A DNA stretch of 64,000 nucleotides from Dehalococcoidia bacterium (GTDB lineage: Bacteria > Chloroflexota > Dehalococcoidia > Lucifugimonadales > Australimonadaceae): contig DAOUJX010000006.1 in NCBI GenBank assembly GCA_034422075.1, forward strand, positions 462 through 64,461. The letters run 5' to 3'. Both the position numbers and the translations under genes were made by a program. Positions 56,769 through 64,000 of this stretch are shown here, piece after piece. The notes beneath the pieces are model-generated. The model had not been told where the DNA came from. It made no database searches and saw only the letters and a list, made by a program, of their open reading frames with translations. Within the stretch, counting starts at the first letter, position 1, and every line of letters starts with the position of its first letter.

Positions 56769-58196
56769 CTATCGCGCTCCCATCGCACCCCTATCTCGCC
56801 CCCGCCTCCAGCGGGTCAACGGCCCGCGCTTCGTAGACAAGACTAGACCTTGTTTCCTCAACTCCTCCAGCGCCCTCCGTACCTGACGCTCGCTGACGCC
56901 ATGACCCAAACGTGCGCGAACCTCGCGGCGAGTCAAGCCCTCCTCCGCACCGTCTAGCAGGGCAAGAATCGTCTCGCGTCTTCCTTCAGGATCGCTTACG
57001 TCTCTGGTGATAGGCCGAGGGACGCACTGGCTGTGCCGGAATCGCACGGTGACGGCTCCCCCCTCGTCGTCTATCTCCGGGACCGGGAGTCCCGCCCTGC
57101 TCGCCATATCCGCCATCTTGAGCGTTCCGCTGCCCCACTCCTCAATGATCCCGCGACGGTAGAAGGTACGGGCGATCAACGGGTTCCATGGCCGTGACTC
57201 GTGCGGTACGAACAGCTTCTCCGGCGTTAGGCCGAAGTGCAGAGAACCGGAGGAGGTAATCTCCAAGCGGTCGTCGTAGACTGCTATGCCGACCGAACCG
57301 CCTCCAATGGAGTAGTCGCGATGGCACAGAGCGTTCGCTAGCGCCTCTCGTGTGGCCAGAGGTGGATACAGGGGCTCGTCGATGCGCTCGAATCTGCCCT
57401 GCTCGAACCGCCCGGCGATGGGCAGGGTGTCGCGTAGGAAGCGCTCCGCGTTCGTGAGAAGCGTGAACGCGTTGCCGTTGAACTGGCGATTGTCCAGAAA
57501 CTCCTTCCTCTCCGTTCCACGAAAGCGTGCGACTCGCAACAGGCACTGCGGCATCTCAAATTCAAGCCGCTCTGTACTGCCGAACAGCGCCGCTGCAGCC
57601 CGAAGCAGCACGCCGTCGCGCAGAAGCCCGAGCCCGCGCAGCAGGTCGGAGGCCTCGCTGCTTACAGGCTCTTCAAGCCGCCCGCGCCGGACAGCCTCGG
57701 CAACCGTCCGCCGAATCTCCGCCACGTCGAGGTCGTCGATAGACCACCCGGAGGCGGGTTGGTTCTCCCAGCGTTGCTCGCTATGCAGCCGCTCGAAGAG
57801 CACCCGGTTGTACTCTTCGGCGGACATAGCCAGCGTGGTGTTCCCGACGCGGCGGTAGGCGGTGCCACGGTAGCTATATGGCCTTGATGCACCCTGGCCA
57901 GTGCTGACGACGATGATTTCACGGCCATCGTCCGTGGGGAGCCGCTCGATCTCTGGAAACGCCGGGGGATCGATTCTCTGAAGCTCGGCGCTCAACTCCT
58001 CGATAGTGTGCTCGCTGACCTGTTGCCCAGTTGTTACCCCGTCTGGCCTCACGCCGAACAGCACTTGTCCGCCGCGCTGGTTCAGAAAAGCGCACATCGT
58101 CGCGGCAGCCTCCCGGCGCGTCCCTGTCGTCTCCTTGAACTCTAGTGTCTCGGATTCACCGGATGCGGCTAGCGCTGTGATGTGTTCAATGCTCAT
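56769..58196 (-). CDS. Schlafen/AlbA_2 + HATPase_c_4 + HTH protein
   Basis: GESETLEFK..CAFLNQRGG.VLFGV (AlbA_2), REALANALCHRDY, RNPL-like WNPLIARTF, EEWGSG, C-terminal HTH. Confidence 0.88.
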   Translation of the reverse strand: MSIEHITALAASGESETLEFKETTGTRREAAATMCAFLNQRGGQVLFGVRPDGVTTGQQVSEHTIEELSAELQRIDPPAFPEIERLPTDDGREIIVVSTGQGASRPYSYRGTAYRRVGNTTLAMSAEEYNRVLFERLHSEQRWENQPASGWSIDDLDVAEIRRTVAEAVRRGRLEEPVSSEASDLLRGLGLLRDGVLLRAAAALFGSTERLEFEMPQCLLRVARFRGTERKEFLDNRQFNGNAFTLLTNAERFLRDTLPIAGRFEQGRFERIDEPLYPPLATREALANALCHRDYSIGGGSVGIAVYDDRLEITSSGSLHFGLTPEKLFVPHESRPWNPLIARTFYRRGIIEEWGSGTLKMADMASRAGLPVPEIDDEGGAVTVRFRHSQCVPRPITRDVSDPEGRRETILALLDGAEEGLTRREVRARLGHGVSERQVRRALEELRKQGLVLSTKRGPLTRWRRGRDRGAMGAR

Positions 58197-58210
58197 ATGT
58201 GGCGCGCTTC

Positions 58211-59800
58211 CTACCCGAAAATGTCATGCTTCAGTTCCTCGTACACTGCCATTCCAGGCTTGACCAGTGGAGCGAGGGTGTCGCGCATAAATGTCTTAGT
58301 GTCGTTTCCAGGATTTGCAAGGTTCAACATCTGCTTGCAGGCGACGTAAATCTCGCCACTTGCGGGCTTAAGGTCATCTGTGGCGTCGTCCGGCCTCGCG
58401 GTACGGATGCTTTCCTTCATTGAGAGAAGTCCCTCAATCATGCCGCCTTGATCTGTAGATTCTGCGAGGGCGTACAGAACCTGGTCATCAAATAAATAGG
58501 ATTCCAGATTGCGGCGCGAGATCACCCTAACACCAGTCTCCCTCAACTCCGCGACTTCTTCAGGAGACCTGGCGTCTCGGTCAATGAGTCTTAGGACTTC
58601 GGTACCCTGGGTCAGTACCCCAAGTACATATGCGATGCCCCGTTTGTCCTCAACAACTTCCCCAGCGTTCCCACCAGGGACAAATTGTGTCTCGGGCAAC
58701 TCATCCTCGAAAATGCGTTCAAGACAACGCGCATCGTGAGAGTAATTGTTCCCGGCATTCCTGTTCCTCGGCTCGCCTTCACATATCACCACTCGCTCAG
58801 GTGCAACAAGTGCCGCCAAGTCGCCAATTGCAACCTCATAATTGGTGTTCCAGAATACACGGTCTGGGATGGTGGGTTCGATTACCACCGTCTCATCAAA
58901 GTTCCTTCCATCAAAGTCAAGAAACACGACGCTGCCCGGGCTGGTGGCTTCAATGTCTCTCGCTCGGCGCATCATTCCGATAGAGTGTGTCGCCAGCATC
59001 AACTGGCAGCTCTCGGGGACGAGTTCATAGAATACCGACAAGAGTTCAGCCTGTAAGCGTGCATGCATGTGTGCCTCAGGTTCGTCAATGCAAAACATCG
59101 TATCGTCGTAAGCACGCTTTGCCACAACGAAGTCCAGCACCAAGTCGAACACTGCCTTTTCGCCGCCAGATAGGTTCTTGAAGGAGAAACCTTTACTCGC
59201 GCCTTTGGTAAAACGGAATGTCCCATCTTCTAACGGATTCCCAAGGCTATTGAGTTCAATGTCCGGGAAAAGCCTGGAGAAGGCCACTTTGATATCTCCA
59301 ATGACCGATTCTTTGAATGCATCTAGAGTCACTGATCCATCCTCAGGATCAAAGACATCCTCAATTGCCTGACTCACAAGGCGCTGAAAGTTCTTGGCAA
59401 CAGCCCCGTCGTTATCGATCATGCGTGGTGCTCGTATTTCGTTCAGTGGGTCTCCAACTCGTTGGAGATTGTGTACCTGAAACTCAGGATCGTTCCTGTA
59501 AGCCGACCTTATGAAGAAGGATTTCTTAGTATCAGAGACCGGGACATGAAACTCCACTTGGACATCATTCCGCCACTGTTCATGACCAGTGGAGCCAGCT
59601 TTGACGTGGTAATCCGTTTCCCACACCCGATGTTTCCTCGAAGTCCATCCGTGCCACGTAAGAAGCGCATCGAAGAAGGATGACTTGCCACTGCCGTTTG
59701 GTCCGGCAAGCATGATGAGGCGCGCCGTTTGCGGAATACCCTGGAGGGTCAGGTCTGTGAAACGCTTGAAGTCCTTGATAACAGCACTCTTGAATCTCAC
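58211..59800 (-). CDS. ABC-type ATPase fused to TOPRIM (OLD / PARIS AriAB-fusion-like) nuclease
   Basis: GPNGSGKS, LSGGEK, IDEPEAHMH, ATHS; TOPRIM VICEG, LIDRD, RRNLESYL. Confidence 0.85.
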   Translation of the reverse strand: MRFKSAVIKDFKRFTDLTLQGIPQTARLIMLAGPNGSGKSSFFDALLTWHGWTSRKHRVWETDYHVKAGSTGHEQWRNDVQVEFHVPVSDTKKSFFIRSAYRNDPEFQVHNLQRVGDPLNEIRAPRMIDNDGAVAKNFQRLVSQAIEDVFDPEDGSVTLDAFKESVIGDIKVAFSRLFPDIELNSLGNPLEDGTFRFTKGASKGFSFKNLSGGEKAVFDLVLDFVVAKRAYDDTMFCIDEPEAHMHARLQAELLSVFYELVPESCQLMLATHSIGMMRRARDIEATSPGSVVFLDFDGRNFDETVVIEPTIPDRVFWNTNYEVAIGDLAALVAPERVVICEGEPRNRNAGNNYSHDARCLERIFEDELPETQFVPGGNAGEVVEDKRGIAYVLGVLTQGTEVLRLIDRDARSPEEVAELRETGVRVISRRNLESYLFDDQVLYALAESTDQGGMIEGLLSMKESIRTARPDDATDDLKPASGEIYVACKQMLNLANPGNDTKTFMRDTLAPLVKPGMAVYEELKHDIFG

Positions 59801-61095
59801 ACAGGTTCTCCTGTTGGTTTAGGTTGAACAGTGTCCCCACTTCCGTCATCTCGCTTCTCCCCAAGGCAAAACTCCCCCACCCGTACCTCTCCCGTCATCA
59901 ACTTGTGCAGGAGTGTCTTGAACAGCTCCTCCAGCACGGCGCGCTTCCTCCGATGCAGGTCTGTCTTGCGGTCAATAACGTCGAGGATGGCAACGATCTC
60001 TCGCTGCTCATCTATCGGTGGTGTGGGGACCGTCTGCTCTTTGACCATGCGATCGGTCACCGCCGGGTAGCTTGCGCCGGTTTCGATCTCGGCGAGTTGA
60101 TTGACGAACTGGTCACGCTGGACAAGGTAGTAGATGAACCTGTCTACCACCTTCTTCGCGTCACGGCGGAGGACACAGAAAGCAGTCGAACATACATGGT
60201 TGTCCAACTCCTTTGGGACGATGGCGGTGCGAAGCAGCGTTGGTCTTACGGTCGCAAAGATTACATCGTCAGAAAAGATTTGCTTCCTCGCACGGCCAGG
60301 CGCTTCTTTGAGTATGTGTTGGGACGTTGTTTCGATTTGTAGGTAGTCGCGAGAGATAGACGAGACATCCACGTATTCGATTGTCCGGTCACCTTCGGAC
60401 CGCAGATCAACCGAATCAGTGGACTCGCAGAGTGCGCCTAGGGACGATGTCCCCCACCCCAATGGCATCGGTCCGATCTCGGTCTCCTTCTGCGGCTCGC
60501 CCCGGAGGCCACGGGTGAACAGGGTTTGCATCGCAGCGCGCTTCAAGTCCTGTGCGACAGCAACGCTCCGGCCTTGTGCTTTTATCGCTTCGCGTACCTG
60601 ACCGAGTGCAGCACTGATCGCCTGCTGCTCGTCATGCGGCGGCTGGGGCACGTCTAGCCCTGCCAGACGGCTGCGTGACAGGTTCGGTATCGTCGTCTTG
60701 TTGCCCGCACCCTCGAAGATACCGAGCTGTGTAAAAGCGGATTGCAGGAAAAACACATAGAAATGTGGCTCGACGTTGGGATCAATTGGCCGGAGTCGGT
60801 GCAAGTGGTTCTGGAACGACATCGTTTCCACTTCGCCATTCCAGATCGCCGCCCTTCCTATCTCACCGCCCTCGCAGACCAACAGGTCGCCTTGCCTCAG
60901 CAGCTTGGCAGGCAGCTCGTGCCCTGGGATCGACATCTCGTCAATAGACGACAGGTCGACCTCGTCCCAGAGCACGTTGGATGTTCGCAGGAATGGCGTC
61001 TTGTCAAGGCCGTTGCGAGCGGCGGCGGACATCGTCTTGCCCGCGCCTATCTCGAAAAGCTCCCCAAGGGGACGCCATGTCCACGCTTCGCTCAT
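59797..61095 (-). CDS. hsdS: Type I RM specificity subunit S (two TRDs)
   Basis: [49 protein letters not shown]. Confidence 0.95.
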   Translation of the reverse strand: MSEAWTWRPLGELFEIGAGKTMSAAARNGLDKTPFLRTSNVLWDEVDLSSIDEMSIPGHELPAKLLRQGDLLVCEGGEIGRAAIWNGEVETMSFQNHLHRLRPIDPNVEPHFYVFFLQSAFTQLGIFEGAGNKTTIPNLSRSRLAGLDVPQPPHDEQQAISAALGQVREAIKAQGRSVAVAQDLKRAAMQTLFTRGLRGEPQKETEIGPMPLGWGTSSLGALCESTDSVDLRSEGDRTIEYVDVSSISRDYLQIETTSQHILKEAPGRARKQIFSDDVIFATVRPTLLRTAIVPKELDNHVCSTAFCVLRRDAKKVVDRFIYYLVQRDQFVNQLAEIETGASYPAVTDRMVKEQTVPTPPIDEQREIVAILDVIDRKTDLHRRKRAVLEELFKTLLHKLMTGEVRVGEFCLGEKRDDGSGDTVQPKPTGEPV

Positions 61096-62933
61096 CGTAA
61101 GTTCACCAACATCTTCGCCAACCGCTCGTCGATGTCGCGGGCCTCTTCATCTAGGCGCTGCATATCAGCAATAATCTCTGGGATGGGGCGCTGATCCACA
61201 TCATCAGTCTGGCCCACCCACCGGCTTGGACTGAGGTTGTAGTCAGCCTCCTGCGCCTGCTCTCTGGTGATGACCGCAACCTCCCCCTGCACCGCCTCGC
61301 CCTTCAGGAAGGTAGTCGCTACGGGGCGGATGTCATCCTCTGGAATGTAGTTCTTGGGGCGGCCCTTGCCAACGCGACGGCTGGCGTTGACGAGCACGAT
61401 CTTGTCTTTTCGGGCCTCGGGCTTCCGCTTGGACAGCACAACGATGATGCCGGCGGCGCTAGTATTGTAGAAGAGGTTGTCCGGCAGCAGGATCACGCCA
61501 TCTATCAGGTCCCGCTCCACGAACCACTTTCGGATGTTGCGCTCCCGGTCCTCGTGTCTCGCGCCGGAGCCGCGCGTCACCGCGCCGGTGTCCAGCACAA
61601 CCGCTGCCCGTCCGCGCTCGTTCAGGCAGGACAGCGTGTGTTGGAGCCACGCCCAGTCGCCCTTGCCGGTGGTGACGCCTCCAGCAGTGCGGAAGCGGTC
61701 GAAGGGGTCGTTCTCGAAGATGTCTTGGTTGAAGTCCTGGTTCCACATGGGATTGGCGACCACGATGTCGTGGCCGGTGATGCGGCCTGCGGCGTCCTTG
61801 AACTTGGGGTTGATCATGGTGTCGCCTCGCTCTATCTGAACCTCCATGTCGTGGATGATGGCGTTCATGTGGGCTATGCCATAGCTGTCGGCCTGTAGTT
61901 CCTGTCCAGAGAGCTTGAGAGGAACGCGGCTGGTGGGATCGGTATCGCGGGCAATGAGTTGGAGCTTGATAAGCAGTCCAGCCGAGCCACAGGCGTAGTC
62001 GTGGCACGTTTCGCCGGGCCTTGGCCGCATGAGATGCGCTATGAGAAATCCGACCTCGGTGGGTGTGAATTGCTCGCCTGCGCTCTGACCTGCCCCTTCC
62101 GCGAATTTGCGGAGAAGGTACTCGTAGGCGCGGCCCAGGAAGTCGGGCTGCACATCGGCTAGGCCCAAGCGGTAGCGGGGATCGGAGAAGGTCTCTACGA
62201 CGGCGGCGAGCCGGGCCGGGTTGAGTTCGCGCTCGCCGTTGCGCTCCGATGCAAAGTCCACAAGATCTATCACACCGGAGAGAGTGGGGTTGTAGCGCAC
62301 GACAGCTCGCACGGCGCTGGTCAGGTGCTCGCCGATGTCGCGGGGGCGGGTGCTTCGGCCCTGGGCGTCGAGGGGCCAGTCGTGGGTCTCCCGGCCGCTG
62401 ACCACGCTCCACCGGGCCTCCGGCGGCAGATAGAAACGAAGCAGGTCGTGGTCACTCTCCGCAATCTCCTGCGCGACTGCCCGATCCCCAAACTCCTCGG
62501 CCAGGCGGTCGATCTCGTCGTCGAACACGTCGGAGAGGCGCTTGAGGAAGAGTAGAGGCAGCAGGTAGTCCTTGAACTTGGCTGCGTCCTTGGCGCCTCT
62601 GATCGAGCAGGCGGCGTCCCACAGCATCTGCTCCATAGGCTTGGTGGTGGGAACGGCGTCGTTCCGGCGACGGGACCGTCGACGAGTCACTTGGGCTGCG
62701 GACTCTGCTTCATCAACGGCTGGCTCAGCGGCGTCGATGCCCGCCTCGGCAGCAAGTGCGGTGATGGCCGTCCGCGCCGCCTTCTGGGGCAGGGCAACGC
62801 CGCCCTCCCAACGATTCACCGTCGCAAACGACACGCCAAGCCGCTCAGCGAGTTGCTCCTGCGTCAAGTCCAGCCTGGCACGGATGGCCTGAAGGGTTGG
62901 ACTGATGGACCGCCCATCTGTTATATTTGTCAT
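61092..62933 (-). CDS. hsdM: Type I RM methyltransferase M with N-terminal XRE HTH fusion
   Basis: [24 protein letters not shown]; [43 protein letters not shown]; start ATG 62933 preferred. Confidence 0.93.
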   Translation of the reverse strand: MTNITDGRSISPTLQAIRARLDLTQEQLAERLGVSFATVNRWEGGVALPQKAARTAITALAAEAGIDAAEPAVDEAESAAQVTRRRSRRRNDAVPTTKPMEQMLWDAACSIRGAKDAAKFKDYLLPLLFLKRLSDVFDDEIDRLAEEFGDRAVAQEIAESDHDLLRFYLPPEARWSVVSGRETHDWPLDAQGRSTRPRDIGEHLTSAVRAVVRYNPTLSGVIDLVDFASERNGERELNPARLAAVVETFSDPRYRLGLADVQPDFLGRAYEYLLRKFAEGAGQSAGEQFTPTEVGFLIAHLMRPRPGETCHDYACGSAGLLIKLQLIARDTDPTSRVPLKLSGQELQADSYGIAHMNAIIHDMEVQIERGDTMINPKFKDAAGRITGHDIVVANPMWNQDFNQDIFENDPFDRFRTAGGVTTGKGDWAWLQHTLSCLNERGRAAVVLDTGAVTRGSGARHEDRERNIRKWFVERDLIDGVILLPDNLFYNTSAAGIIVVLSKRKPEARKDKIVLVNASRRVGKGRPKNYIPEDDIRPVATTFLKGEAVQGEVAVITREQAQEADYNLSPSRWVGQTDDVDQRPIPEIIADMQRLDEEARDIDERLAKMLVNLR

Positions 62934-62939
62934 GTTTGT

Positions 62940-62968
62940 AGTATAGGCACTGCAGGCCAATGGGTCAA
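62940..62968 (-). promoter_or_regulatory. Strong sigma70-type promoter for the hsdM operon, probably leaderless
   Basis: TTGACC (62968-62963)-N17-TATACT (62945-62940), 6 nt, then ATG 62933; no RBS. Confidence 0.75.
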
Positions 62969-63013
62969 CGGCAGTATGCACTAATCCTTGTGTGACGGTG
63001 CGAGAAGGAAGAC

Positions 63014-63892
63014 ATGGCTATTCCGGAATCCCAACTTAGCAGGTGGTCCGACCACGGGGCGCAGGACACTGCCAAACGCACGCATGAAGCAATCAAGAGG
63101 GTGCTGGACGCCCACCGATGGCCACAGGGAATGACCTACGACTTCTACCTACAGGGCTCCTACCGAAACGATACCAATATCCGGGGAGACAGCGATGTTG
63201 ATGTCGTGCTGGAGATGACCTCAGCGTTCAACCATGACACCAGTTCACTTTCTCAATTCGAGCAGCAGGCGCTTGCCTCGTCTTTCCAGCCAGCCACCTA
63301 CGATTGGAACGACTTCAGACGTGAAGTGCTCAAGGCCCTAGAGGGCGGATTCGGCAAAGACATTGTGGCACAGGGCAACAAGTCGATCAAGCTGAAGGCG
63401 GACCCCCCGAGGCTGGCGGCCGATGTAGTTGTTTGCATGGGGTACAGGCGGTATCACACCTCTTACTCATACGCAGAAGGCATCACCTTCTACGCTCTCC
63501 ACGACAAGCGCTGGGTCGTCAACTACCCGAAAGAGCACTACAAGAACGGTGCGGCCAAGAGCAGTAGGACAGGCGACCGATTCAAGCGAACTGTGCGAAT
63601 GTTCAAAAACGCCCGGAATCATTTGGAGTCCACCGGCAGGATCAGCGCTGACCTTGCTCCGTCCTACTTCGTCGAGTGCTTAATCTACAATGCGCCGGAC
63701 TCGGCGTTTCAGTACAGCTTCCAGGAAACCTACCGCTCCATCGTCAACTGGATGGTTGAGTCCGCTCTCGACAGGCTCGTCTGTCAGAATGGGGAGCAGT
63801 GGCTGTTCGGTCCATCCCCTGAGCAGTGGTCGGTGGAGGATGCAAAGGCATTTGCGAATGAACTGGTATCACTATGGAACAACTGGAGGTAG
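63014..63892 (+). CDS. cdnE: CBASS CD-NTase, CdnE-like
   Basis: [75 protein letters not shown]. Confidence 0.95.
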   Translation: MAIPESQLSRWSDHGAQDTAKRTHEAIKRVLDAHRWPQGMTYDFYLQGSYRNDTNIRGDSDVDVVLEMTSAFNHDTSSLSQFEQQALASSFQPATYDWNDFRREVLKALEGGFGKDIVAQGNKSIKLKADPPRLAADVVVCMGYRRYHTSYSYAEGITFYALHDKRWVVNYPKEHYKNGAAKSSRTGDRFKRTVRMFKNARNHLESTGRISADLAPSYFVECLIYNAPDSAFQYSFQETYRSIVNWMVESALDRLVCQNGEQWLFGPSPEQWSVEDAKAFANELVSLWNNWR

Positions 63893-63901
63893 CCACCTCG
63901 G

Positions 63902-64000
63902 ATGCACCCCTACGAGGTAGAAGGCCAAAGGAAGGTGGTGGTAGCGCTCGCTGCCGCCAGCATCCTGATGGTTTGGCTCGTCCACGTCGTGCTGGACGTT
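63902..64000 (+). CDS. CBASS 2-TM effector (Cap15-like), N-terminal 33 aa; runs off window end
   Basis: MHPYEVEGQRKVVVALAAASILMVWLVHVVLDV: MHPY start plus first TM helix, 9 nt after the CD-NTase stop. Confidence 0.7.
   Translation, partial: MHPYEVEGQRKVVVALAAASILMVWLVHVVLDV

Larger units (their letters stand above)
42286..64000. mobile_element. Integrated genomic (defence) island, right end beyond window
   Basis: att-like tRNA fragment with nearby ATCCCACA direct repeats; recombinase remnant, relaxase-like gene, TA, RM and CBASS cargo; visibly lower GC in several cargo genes. Confidence 0.75.

Noticed and set aside
47786-59800. Gabija (OLD nuclease + UvrD helicase)
   Set aside because: The two genes are ~7.5 kb apart in different operons, and the helicase is a large helicase IV-like protein, not a compact GajB.

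Overview
High-GC bacterial chromosome segment, most likely Chloroflexota/Dehalococcoidia (SAR202-like). This is an inference from gene content and the stripped-down rsmH-ftsA-ftsZ cluster; no database search was run. Bases 1-42 kb are mostly core and metabolic genes: nrdJ (partial), nrdR, ftsZ, ftsA, rsmH, prfA-prmC, nfeD-stomatin, a Fic gene, a sulfite/nitrite reductase operon, an ABC exporter, rpoB-rpoC and a hydrolase/oxidoreductase cluster. From about 42.3 kb to the window end lies an integrated defence island whose left edge is a tRNA 3' fragment (att-like). It carries an uncharacterised two-gene pair (membrane protein plus possible portal-like protein), remnants of a type IIG RM gene and a serine recombinase, HicAB, a helicase IV-like gene, a replication-relaxation module, a type I RM operon with an XRE-HsdM fusion and two embedded accessory nucleases, and a divergent CBASS (CdnE + Cap15). 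Best hidden signals: a TGA-recoded DUF3179 selenoprotein with a SECIS hairpin, a Cys-rich leader peptide plus terminator upstream of the sulfite reductase, the tRNA-derived att site, and the TM + portal-like gene pair. All family assignments come from motif recognition by eye.
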